Below, piece by piece: positions 1 to 8,240 of a stretch of DNA of 64,000 bases (the first letter of the stretch is position 1; each line of letters opens with the position of its first letter). The stretch is taken from assembly GCA_017470815.1 (NCBI GenBank), contig JAFUXT010000030.1, positions 24,561-88,560 on the forward strand, written 5' to 3'. The position numbers were made by a program, and so were the translations under genes. Source of the stretch: a bacterium. Lineage in GTDB: Bacteria > Cyanobacteriota > Vampirovibrionia > Gastranaerophilales > Gastranaerophilaceae. Under the pieces are notes generated by a model. The model ran no database searches and was not told where the DNA came from. It saw only the letters and a program-made list of their open reading frames with translations.

Positions 1-3000
1 GACGAAATTGCAGGTGTTGCAGATTTTGACCGTCGAATAGATCAGGCAAAAGGTGAACTTGAAAAAGTCGAACAAAGAGTTCAGGCTGCCACTTTGATTC
101 TGTCTGAAGTAGCATCTCAACTTGAACAACTTAAAGAAGAACGGGAAATTGCAATAAAATATAAGAAACTTCAGGACGAAAAACAGGGTCTTGAAGCACA
201 AATAGGCACTGTAAGATTTTTTGACCTGAAACGCAGTCTGGAAATTGCCCATGAAAATATCCTTAAAGCAAACAAAGAAAGACAACAAAAAGTTTCGTTA
301 TCCAAAGATTTGGAAGAACGAATAGCCTTAATAACAGAAAAATACGATGAACTTGATAAAAAACTTAAAGAACAGGGGCAGGATGAAAGAGACAGATTAA
401 AAAATGAAGAAAGTAACCTTTCTGCCCAAATTCAGTCTAAAAAAAGCGCTATTGATTATTCGGAAAAACAAATTCAAAAAAATCTTCAGTCAATAGAAAA
501 TGCAAAAAACGGGATAGAACAATTCAAGAAAAAAATTGAAGAAGAAAAACTTAATATTAAACTTGCAAATGATAAATCTGAAATTATAAAAAGTCAGATT
601 AAAGCAAAAGAAGAAGAACTGACTCAAAAACTAAAAGATTTATCCGGTTTGAGTTCAACTGCTGATAAGTACATTCAGGAAAGAAACGAGACATCCAAAA
701 AATTAGATAGTCTGAAAGATAAAGATAACGAACTGATAAAAGACTCTTTGCCAAAAGAAAACGAACTAAAAAATCTCAAACAAGATATAGAAGATGCAAA
801 AGAATTTATAAAAAATGCGCTTCAAAGTAAAGAGGAATTTGCAGGAAAAAAATCTGATAAAGAACTTGAAGTAGAAACACTGAGAAAAGATATGGAAGAT
901 TTGAAAAGCGCACAAACTTCCACATACAAAAAATATGATGATATAAAAACCGAAATAGAAGATTATGAATATGATGTCCGTGCAGCGTACAGAAAACTGA
1001 CCGAATTAGAGGCGCAAAAATCTGCAGGCGGAGGTTCAGGGACAACCGTTGCCATATCAACGGTTATGAATGCAAAATTAGACGGTGTTCACGCTCCAAT
1101 TATGCAGTTAGGCAAAGTTGATGATGAATATTCTACCGCATTAAACATCGCATTTGGCGGCCGATTAGCAAATATTGTCGTTGATGATACACATGCAGCA
1201 AATGTTGCAATAGAAATTTTACGCTCATCTCATGCCGGAACAGCAACATTTATCCCGATGAACAAAATTCGCAAAGCACCATCGAGCCTACATCTGCCAA
1301 AAGACAAAGGGGTAGTGGATTTTGCGATAAATCTTGTGGATTTTGACGATATATATATTGATGCGTTTTTCCACGCAGTAGGCGAAACACTTATTGTTGA
1401 AGATTCTGAAACAGCGGAAAAATTAATCGGCAAATACAGAATGGTAACTTTAGACGGCAAATTGTATGAAAAATCTGCCGCAATCACAGGCGGTTATATT
1501 AAACAAGGTATGTTAGGTTTTGGAAAAAACGAAGACAAAGACCTTGAAAACGCAAAGAAAAAAGTTGAAGAACTTCAGAAGAAATATCAGGAAGCAAAAA
1601 TTAAACGCAAGGAATTAGAGGATAAATTAGAACAAATCAGGGTATCTTATTCAAATGCTTCGACCGAATATTCAAAGGCAAAAATTGAACTTAATAACAT
1701 GGTTTCGCAATTTGAAAACAGTCAGGGATTGATTGATACAAAACAAAAATTTGTTGAGGAAAACGAACCGAATATTGAAAAATTAAACAAAGAACTTGAC
1801 AAAATTGAGAGCCAAAGAATAGAACTGTCAGATAAAATTCAAACGGCGCAAGACAGGTTAAACGAACTTGATAAACTTCTCGGTGATAAGAATTTGACCG
1901 AACTTAAAGAGAAAACTCAAGGCATAGAAGATGAGATTCGTAATCTTAAAGACAATCAGATGAATATAAAAAATGAGATTAATGGTTTTGAAACACAAAT
2001 TACATTTAACGAAACATTGATTGATGCAAGAAATACAGATATTACGAATAATAATCAAACAAATGAGAATCTGAAAAATGACATTGAAACTTACAAGAAG
2101 GAAATCAGTCAATTAGAGGAACAATTAAGCGCTCTGTCTGATAAAATAAAGGTTATTGATACAAAAATCGGTGCGTTGGTGAAAGAAAAAGAAGAAATAA
2201 ATACAAATTTGGTTCAGTTAAAATCCGATAAAGCAGTAAACCTAAAAGACATTGAAAGCGTAGAAGAACAGATTGAATCATTCAAAACAAGACGCAAAGA
2301 ACTTGAACCGCAACTTGAAGATGCCCGTCAGATTCTTAAAGACGGCGGAATTGATATTGAAAAATTAGAGCCTGTTGAAATTTCAATAGACGAACTGAAT
2401 ACAAAAATTCAGCGACTTGAAAAGCGTATGCAGGATTTATGGGATGTTAATATGCGTGCAATTACAAGTTATGAAGAAAAATCCGCGCGAAAAACAGAAC
2501 TTGATGAACAAATCAGCACGCTTACAACAGAAAGAACCGCTATTTTAGAAAAAATGAACGGTTTTGAAAAAGAGAAAAAAGAAGCGTTTATGACAACTTA
2601 TACTGCAATAAACGAAAACTTTAAAGATATTTATCATGAGTTATCTGAAGGAGAAGGCAAACTTATTCTTGAAAATGAGAAAGACCCATTATCCGGCGGT
2701 ATGACAATAGAAGCCAAACCGAGAGATAAAATTACAAATAATAAACTCGGTGCACTTTCAGGCGGAGAAAAGGCTCTAACAGCACTTGCGCTTGTATTTT
2801 CTATTCAGAGATATCTGCCTGCACCTTTTTATGCTCTTGATGAAGTCGATGCAAGTTTAGATGCAATGAATGTCGAACGAATTGCAGATATGATTAAAAA
2901 ACAATCTAATGATACACAATTTTTGGTAGTAACCCACAAACCTTTAATGGTCGGGGCTGCACACAGAGTAGTCGGGGTCACTCAAAAAGAAAAAGGTAAA

Positions 3001-3033
3001 ACAAAAGTAACAGGTATTCAGAATAATGGATAA
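1..3033 (+). CDS. smc: Chromosome partition ATPase SMC, 5'-truncated by the window edge (frame 1 is open from nt 1, upstream of the listed ORF start at 94)
   Basis: About 1000 aa of K/E/L-rich coiled coil interrupted by a hinge (GKVDDEYSTALNIAFGGRLANIVVDD). C-terminal ABC signature plus Walker B (LSGGEKALTALALVFSIQRYLPAPFYALDEVDASLD). Followed directly by scpA and scpB. Confidence 0.93.
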   Translation, partial: DEIAGVADFDRRIDQAKGELEKVEQRVQAATLILSEVASQLEQLKEEREIAIKYKKLQDEKQGLEAQIGTVRFFDLKRSLEIAHENILKANKERQQKVSLSKDLEERIALITEKYDELDKKLKEQGQDERDRLKNEESNLSAQIQSKKSAIDYSEKQIQKNLQSIENAKNGIEQFKKKIEEEKLNIKLANDKSEIIKSQIKAKEEELTQKLKDLSGLSSTADKYIQERNETSKKLDSLKDKDNELIKDSLPKENELKNLKQDIEDAKEFIKNALQSKEEFAGKKSDKELEVETLRKDMEDLKSAQTSTYKKYDDIKTEIEDYEYDVRAAYRKLTELEAQKSAGGGSGTTVAISTVMNAKLDGVHAPIMQLGKVDDEYSTALNIAFGGRLANIVVDDTHAANVAIEILRSSHAGTATFIPMNKIRKAPSSLHLPKDKGVVDFAINLVDFDDIYIDAFFHAVGETLIVEDSETAEKLIGKYRMVTLDGKLYEKSAAITGGYIKQGMLGFGKNEDKDLENAKKKVEELQKKYQEAKIKRKELEDKLEQIRVSYSNASTEYSKAKIELNNMVSQFENSQGLIDTKQKFVEENEPNIEKLNKELDKIESQRIELSDKIQTAQDRLNELDKLLGDKNLTELKEKTQGIEDEIRNLKDNQMNIKNEINGFETQITFNETLIDARNTDITNNNQTNENLKNDIETYKKEISQLEEQLSALSDKIKVIDTKIGALVKEKEEINTNLVQLKSDKAVNLKDIESVEEQIESFKTRRKELEPQLEDARQILKDGGIDIEKLEPVEISIDELNTKIQRLEKRMQDLWDVNMRAITSYEEKSARKTELDEQISTLTTERTAILEKMNGFEKEKKEAFMTTYTAINENFKDIYHELSEGEGKLILENEKDPLSGGMTIEAKPRDKITNNKLGALSGGEKALTALALVFSIQRYLPAPFYALDEVDASLDAMNVERIADMIKKQSNDTQFLVVTHKPLMVGAAHRVVGVTQKEKGKTKVTGIQNNG

Positions 3034-3838
3034 TGCAATAATAAACGGAGAAGATTTAGAAATATACACAGGATTAAGTACCAAAGACAGTCATGACGGA
3101 ATCGGTATTCTTGTTGAAATGGCAAAGTCAGGGAAAATTGACCCTTGGAACATTGATATAGTAGATGTAACAGAAAAATATCTTCAAAAAATGATGGAAT
3201 TAAAATCGCTCAACCTTAAAGTTGCGAGCAGAACATTTTTATTTGCTTCAATTTTGGTTCGCATGCAGTCTAATGTTCTTACTGATTTGACATTAGAAGA
3301 TTTTCAGGACAATGAAGAACCTGAAATGATATATGATGAAAACGGTTTACCAATTAATGACTATATACCTGAAGATGATTTTGTCCCAACAAATAACATT
3401 GTCAGATGGGATGAAGCACTTAAACGCAGAACAAGTGTCAGACTAAACCGTAACAGAGTTGTAACATTGAAAGACCTCATTAAACAACTTGAATTTTATG
3501 AAAAAATTGAAGCAAGAGCAAACCTCAAAGATGCACAACAAAGAGCAAGACGCAGAGTTCGTGATTTTTCAAGAATGACAACCCACGATATTATCAACAA
3601 CATGTCTAATGATGCAATGATTGAAGAAGCAGTTTTAAAAATAAAAGATAATATTGAACAAATATTCCAAAATAAAGAAAAAGTTGAACTTTCGGATTTG
3701 TATATTTTGGGAATGGACAGGATTACATCTTATATGGCTTTATTATTTTTAAGCCGAGACACAGATTATCAATTAGAACAAAAAGAGTTTTACTCTGATT
3801 TATTTGTTGTAAAAGGAGGCACTTATGCAACAACTTAA
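3026..3838 (+). CDS. scpA: Segregation and condensation protein A (kleisin)
   Basis: ATG at 3026 overlaps the smc stop by 8 nt. N-terminal DPWNIDIVDVTEKYL kleisin-type motif. 270 aa, in the conserved smc-scpA-scpB order. Confidence 0.85.
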   Translation: MDNAIINGEDLEIYTGLSTKDSHDGIGILVEMAKSGKIDPWNIDIVDVTEKYLQKMMELKSLNLKVASRTFLFASILVRMQSNVLTDLTLEDFQDNEEPEMIYDENGLPINDYIPEDDFVPTNNIVRWDEALKRRTSVRLNRNRVVTLKDLIKQLEFYEKIEARANLKDAQQRARRRVRDFSRMTTHDIINNMSNDAMIEEAVLKIKDNIEQIFQNKEKVELSDLYILGMDRITSYMALLFLSRDTDYQLEQKEFYSDLFVVKGGTYATT

Positions 3839-4334
3839 ATCAAGAATTGAAGCAATTTTGTTTGTAACTGCAAGGGCATTGACGCTTGATGAAATTTGCG
3901 TTTTTGTGGATAAAGACCCTGAAGAAGTTGAACAGGCACTGCTTGAACTTATTATGGACTATTCGTCCCGAGACGGCGCATTGGAAATTGATGATGAAGA
4001 CGGTTATATTTTGCAGGTTAAGGAAGATTATTCAGATATTGTTGAACGAATTTGTCCGATTGACTTATCTGCGGCTGTATTAAGGACTTTATCAATTATT
4101 GCTCTTAAAAAAACGATAAGACAATCTGACCTTGTAAAACTACGCTCTAATGCGTATGAACATATTGCAGAACTTGTAGAAAAAGGGCTTGTATCCAAAC
4201 AAAAAGACAAAAACGGACGAAGTATTAACCTTAAAACTACGGCAAAATTTAAAGAATATTTTAAAATTACAGGCGATATAGACCAACTTGCCGCTCAAAT
4301 GGAAAGAGAAATTAATGATAAAAAAGATAATTAA
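3825..4334 (+). CDS. scpB: Segregation and condensation protein B
   Basis: RBS AAGGAGG at 3813-3819 and ATG at 3825. N-terminus IEAILFVTARALTLDEI is typical of ScpB winged-helix proteins. Overlaps the scpA end. Confidence 0.85.
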   Translation: MQQLKSRIEAILFVTARALTLDEICVFVDKDPEEVEQALLELIMDYSSRDGALEIDDEDGYILQVKEDYSDIVERICPIDLSAAVLRTLSIIALKKTIRQSDLVKLRSNAYEHIAELVEKGLVSKQKDKNGRSINLKTTAKFKEYFKITGDIDQLAAQMEREINDKKDN

Positions 4335-5622
4335 TACCATACTTCTTACGGGTATAGTAATATTTTTAGGCTCTTATGTGTGGAACCATACGGGTTTATG
4401 CAGTCCTTATTACTTTAATAAAGGAAAAAACTTATATAATGCCGGTCAATATGATGCTTCAATAAAGTTTTTTGAGCGTTCGCTTCAGGCAAATCCCGAT
4501 AATTCTGCATCAAGATATTTTCTTACGCTTGCGCTAACAAAAGGAACTCCGACTTACTCGCATCAGCAGGCTCTATATTTAATGGCAAATTCAAAAAATA
4601 AAGATATTGCTCAAAGTTATGCCAAATCACAACTTTTCGGGCTTAAAGAACGATTAATAGAAGGAATGGAAGATAATTATATATACAGTGCAGTTCTAAA
4701 CAAAGATATTTTGCGCTGGAATATAGAATCATTTCCTTTAAAAGTTTATTTTGAACAAACAACACCCGCATACAGGGAAAATATTAAAAAAGCCTTTGAA
4801 CAATGGTCAAAAGCAAGCGGTTTTTTGCAGTTTCAGGAAGTTTATAAACCCGAAGATGCAAACATTGAAATAAAATTTTCAAACTATGCCGGTCCAAAAT
4901 GCACAAGTGCAAACTGCCACTATGTTATTGCAACAACAACAAATTCGACAGACAGATACAACAGACTTGATAAAATGATTATAAATTTTTATAAGACTAA
5001 TCCTTTTGGAGAAGAATTTTCACAGTCAGAAATTTATAATACCGCCCTGCACGAAATCGGTCACACTCTTGGGATATCAGGACACAGTGATAATCCGCAT
5101 GATGTTATGTACGCAAGCAACCATAAAGTATCCGGAGTATTTTCACCTTATTCACACAATATAATTTATCTTTCTAAAAGGGATTTGAATACTCTTGCGC
5201 TTCTATACAGGCTTGCACCTTCTATAACAAATTCAAAAGGATGGTACTACGAAAACCTTTATTATCCGCCGTTGATTTTGGGTAATGATGAAGAAGTATT
5301 GAAGAAAAAACTCGACGAATACCAAAATTATATTGATAAATACCCGAATTACTGCGGGGGCTATATAAATATTGCAACTGTTTATTCAAGCATGGGCAAT
5401 AATAAAAAAGCGCAAAACGCACTTGACAAGGCAAACGAACTCGCAACAAATAATGATGAAAAATATTTAATTAATTATAACAGAGCCGTACTATATTACA
5501 ATAATCAGGATTTTAAATCAGCATTAAACAGTGCAAAAGATGCTTTGGCAATTAAAAATGATGAAAGAACGAACGCTTTGGTACAAGATATAGAAGAAAC
5601 AATTGAAAAGATTAATCAATAG
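4315..5622 (+). CDS. Membrane-anchored TPR-repeat protein with a metzincin-like zinc protease core
   Basis: Start re-placed to ATG 4315 (the track starts at TTG 4288), giving an N-terminal TM (IINTILLTGIVIFLGSYVW). Zinc motif HEIGHTLGISGHSD followed by VMY (Met-turn-like). TPR-like helices lie at both ends. Confidence 0.6.
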   Translation: MIKKIINTILLTGIVIFLGSYVWNHTGLCSPYYFNKGKNLYNAGQYDASIKFFERSLQANPDNSASRYFLTLALTKGTPTYSHQQALYLMANSKNKDIAQSYAKSQLFGLKERLIEGMEDNYIYSAVLNKDILRWNIESFPLKVYFEQTTPAYRENIKKAFEQWSKASGFLQFQEVYKPEDANIEIKFSNYAGPKCTSANCHYVIATTTNSTDRYNRLDKMIINFYKTNPFGEEFSQSEIYNTALHEIGHTLGISGHSDNPHDVMYASNHKVSGVFSPYSHNIIYLSKRDLNTLALLYRLAPSITNSKGWYYENLYYPPLILGNDEEVLKKKLDEYQNYIDKYPNYCGGYINIATVYSSMGNNKKAQNALDKANELATNNDEKYLINYNRAVLYYNNQDFKSALNSAKDALAIKNDERTNALVQDIEETIEKINQ

Positions 5623-6877
5623 TTCTTTTTGAAATTACAACAGCATTAGAAATTGCTATTCCGCCAGGCTGAGGCGGTTTGTTTACTATTTCCCCGTTTA
5701 CATACATAACGGTAGACCCCCCGCCATCCAAATTTATAGCATTTACACAACCTAAAGATTTCATAAGAGAGGCAAGTTCATTCAATGTTAAACCAATAGA
5801 ACTTCCCTCTCTTCCGTCAACTGCGACGATTATCAAATCATTATCTCTTGTATAACCTATAGCACTGCGGGGATTTCTTCCTCCTATTGCAAGAAGTTTT
5901 TCTTCCGAAACATCAACATAGACCTCTCCGTTTTTGACTAAATACGGTCCACCGCTTATTATATGTTTTACATTATCCCACTTTGGAGCAAAACCTAAAT
6001 CTACTTTAACATAAGAGGCTCCGAAAAGTGCTTTGAGTTTTTCTTTTGGTCCGACAAGAACATAACCGTCACTTGGAATAGAAAGGGGATTGGCGGAAGC
6101 AGAAATAATTCTGTCCCCTGAAATTTGGAGTTGAACCCCACCTTTAGGAGATACCGGAGCATATTTCCCCCAATCCCGAGTATAAGCAATTACGTATGAC
6201 GATAACATTCTTGGCTGATTTATATTATCAATTTTAATTTCGGTATCATTACCTTTTATAACCCCGTCAAAAGCAACTCTGCTTACATCATAGCCATCTT
6301 CGAAAATTCCGAGTGCGACTCTGTTATAAATCGGACCTGTGTAAATTTTTCCGTTTATAACAAGTGTACCTAAAGGTATCCCCGTTTGCGGTTTAAAAAA
6401 TCCGCCGTTTATCGCTACAATGGAATTAGTACGCCCTGCAATACTTCTGACGGTCGATTTTGAATTAAGAGAATAATTAGATGCCATTGCAGGCATAAGT
6501 TCATAATCCTTTGCAATTTTAGGATTCATTTCGACTACATTTATTCTGACAGGGCGACCTGCATAATATTTAACCATTTTAACATGCTTTATGCCGTCAG
6601 TAACATTATTAACCTTATAAGCGGAATACTTTATACTCATTCTCTGATCAAAAAGATGCTTTAGATAATCTGCATCAAAATCTGCTCTCAATTTATCTCC
6701 TGCACTGTATATTGATGGGTTTGAAATAACAGTATTTGCAATTAAATCATTCGCATAAATAGGAGGATGAAAAGCAAACTGCGACAAAACTAACGCAAGC
6801 AATATCGCAATTGCAAGCAGAAATTCTCCCATTGGACCGTAACGTTCAATCTGATTGTTGAAAAACAATGTATCCAT
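5612..6877 (-). CDS. Phosphodiester glycosidase family protein (NAGPA/DUF2233-like), N-terminal membrane anchor
   Basis: C-terminal NAINLDGGGSTVMY and GGRNPRSAIGYT blocks are as I recall for phosphodiester glycosidase domains. SD AGGTG lies 5 nt before ATG 6877. The 3' end overlaps the convergent gene by 11 nt. Confidence 0.65.
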   Translation of the reverse strand: MDTLFFNNQIERYGPMGEFLLAIAILLALVLSQFAFHPPIYANDLIANTVISNPSIYSAGDKLRADFDADYLKHLFDQRMSIKYSAYKVNNVTDGIKHVKMVKYYAGRPVRINVVEMNPKIAKDYELMPAMASNYSLNSKSTVRSIAGRTNSIVAINGGFFKPQTGIPLGTLVINGKIYTGPIYNRVALGIFEDGYDVSRVAFDGVIKGNDTEIKIDNINQPRMLSSYVIAYTRDWGKYAPVSPKGGVQLQISGDRIISASANPLSIPSDGYVLVGPKEKLKALFGASYVKVDLGFAPKWDNVKHIISGGPYLVKNGEVYVDVSEEKLLAIGGRNPRSAIGYTRDNDLIIVAVDGREGSSIGLTLNELASLMKSLGCVNAINLDGGGSTVMYVNGEIVNKPPQPGGIAISNAVVISKRTID

Positions 6878-7146
6878 AGTTGCACCTATAAGTTTAAGAG
6901 TGACCGGATACCTTTTTTATTAAAGAGTGGTGTGGGGTATAACACTCATCGAAGACCTATTTGGACCTATAGGATGCTCCTACTACTATTGTAACATATT
7001 TTAACACTATTCACAAGTGTTCTCAATCCTCTTATATCAATAATTTTACAAAACTAAATAGTGGCAAATATACACTATAAAAGGGTTGTAGAATTTACAC
7101 TTTAAAAATTATCCGAAATAACTATTTAAAAACGAAAAGTTTATGT

Positions 7147-7152
7147 TATAAT
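7147..7152 (+). promoter_or_regulatory. Candidate -10 box (TATAAT) for the SRP RNA
   Basis: A perfect TATAAT ends about 6 nt before the first conserved SRP nucleotides (TGCCGTGC at 7158). Confidence 0.35.
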
Positions 7153-7157
7153 AAAAA

Positions 7158-7417
7158 TGCCGTGCTCCACGGGGTTGTTGCGAACTCTCGACCCGAAGCG
7201 AATGCGGGGTGCAGAGCCTGTTGTGAGGGCTTTATGAGTGCGTAAGAATTTAATGAAATTGTTGATATTAACACTTATGGCGGCGTGAAATTTCGAACCG
7301 TGTCAGGGGGGAAACTCAGCAGCACTAAGAAAACCTTTACGGGTGTCATATTTGTTAAAGTAGAGGACATTAAAGGATTTCGTATTTGTAAATTTCGATA
7401 GACAGTGGCACGGTTTT
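7158..7417 (+). ncRNA. ffs: Signal recognition particle RNA, long (Alu-domain, Bacillus scRNA-like) type
   Basis: 5' GCCGTGCTCCACGGGG matches the B. subtilis scRNA GCCGUGCUAAGCGGGG. Domain IV CCGTGTCAGGGGGGAAACTCAGCAGCACTAAG matches CCAUGUCAGGUCCGGAAGGAAGCAGCAUUAAG, with a GNRA loop and AGCAGC. 3' end GACAGTGGCACGGT-TTT matches GACAGAAGGUGCACGGU. Length about 260 nt. Confidence 0.85.
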
Positions 7418-7732
7418 AAAAGCGTAAGCCGATGTGGAGAGCCGGTGTCGGCATGCGGTAAGCAAGACGAGCAGGGCTCGGAACATGATATCACCGCCGT
7501 TGTGAACGGAACGAAAGTGAAGTGAACGAAGCAATCTTTGATTGCACAGGCGGAAAAAGCGTAAGCCGATGTGTAGCAACAGCAACGGGTTGACCTGTGA
7601 TGAGCAGGGCAAGCAGGTTGCGAAACATAATACCACCGCCGTTGCGAACGGAACGAGAGTGTAGAGAGCGTAGCAATCTGTGATTGCACAGGCGGAAAAA
7701 GCGTAAGCCGATGTGGAGAGCCGGTGTCGGCG
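7417..7732 (+). repeat. Tandem array (2 full units of ~138-142 nt plus a 37-nt partial unit) of a GC-rich, hairpin-rich element. Candidate structured RNA or cis-regulatory leader of dfx.
   Basis: AGCGTAAGCCGATGTG occurs at 7421, 7559 and 7700. GATTGCACAGGCGG occurs at 7540 and 7682. Hairpin stems are conserved and differences fall in the loops. 37 of 60 nt are G/C in 7441-7500. Confidence 0.6.
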
Positions 7733-7760
7733 TTATGGTCTATTTACAAGGAGTTTACTT

Positions 7761-8138
7761 ATGACAAGTCATTTAGAGTTTTACCGCTGTGAAATTTGCG
7801 GTAACATTGTTCAGGTTATGCACGCAGGAGCAGGAGAACTTGTCTGCTGCGGAAAACCTATGTCACTTTTAAAACCTCTTACTCAAAAAGATGAAAAACA
7901 GGAAAAACATATACCGGTCTTTCTTGAAAACAAAATTCAAATCGGTTCAGAACTTCATCCAATGACAGAAGAACACCATATTGAATTTATTCAGGCAATA
8001 AGCGATGATAAAAAATGTATTAAAACTAAATTTTTAAATACAGAACAAGAGCCTTCAATGACAATTAATGCGGATGACAATTTTAATTCGGCATTTGAAT
8101 ACTGTAATATTCACGGACTTTGGTATGGCGAACAGTAA
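7761..8138 (+). CDS. dfx: Desulfoferrodoxin (superoxide reductase, 2Fe type)
   Basis: Start re-placed to ATG 7761, with RBS AAGGAG at 7748-7753. N-terminal desulforedoxin motif CEICGNIVQVMHAGAGELVCCGKPM. KHIPV, HPMTEEHHIEFI and CNIHGLW blocks are typical of Dfx. Confidence 0.85.
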   Translation: MTSHLEFYRCEICGNIVQVMHAGAGELVCCGKPMSLLKPLTQKDEKQEKHIPVFLENKIQIGSELHPMTEEHHIEFIQAISDDKKCIKTKFLNTEQEPSMTINADDNFNSAFEYCNIHGLWYGEQ

Positions 8139-8201
8139 AAAGAAAGGGACAAATTGCCCCTTTAAAATGTACAGTTGTGGTTAAATAAAAATAAAGCACT
8201 T

Positions 8202-8226
8202 ATGTTAGGAAGCCCTAACATTTTTG
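8202..8226 (+). terminator. Rho-independent terminator downstream of dfx
   Basis: ATGTTAGG-AAGC-CCTAACAT 8-bp stem followed by TTTTT. Confidence 0.6.
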
Positions 8227-8240
8227 GCATTATAAATAAA

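Noticed and set aside
6878-7140. The 260-nt spacer upstream of the phosphodiester glycosidase gene, with short palindromes (CCTATAGG, GAGTG...CACTC).
   Set aside because: The stems are short, AT content is high and nothing is repeated. There is not enough evidence to call a riboswitch or small RNA.
7281-7300. A TTCGAACC-type T-arm-like sequence seen while scanning for tRNA or tmRNA genes.
   Set aside because: It is part of the SRP RNA (…GTGAAATTTCGAACCGTGTCAGG…), with no acceptor stem or anticodon arm around it. I found no tRNA-like cloverleaf elsewhere in the window.
7303-7689. Three overlapping minus-strand ORFs (128, 88 and 61 aa) across the SRP RNA and tandem-repeat region.
   Set aside because: They lie antisense to a confidently identified SRP RNA and within GC-rich repeats where stop codons are rare by composition. 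There is no RBS, and the peptides are Cys/Arg/Ser-rich nonsense. I treat them as artefacts.
7417-7732. I considered whether the tandem repeat is a CRISPR array, or a tandem glycine riboswitch.
   Set aside because: The units are about 140 nt and directly abutting, with no short repeat plus unique spacer organisation and no cas genes. I could not find the glycine aptamer core (GGAGAG...CACCG..GGGCAA-type blocks) or a B12 box. The class is left open rather than assigned.
7713-7760. N-terminal extension of dfx from GTG 7713 (MESRCRRYGLFTRSLL).
   Set aside because: The extension reads through the third repeat unit and has no RBS. ATG 7761 has AAGGAG at the correct spacing and gives the canonical Dfx N-terminus.
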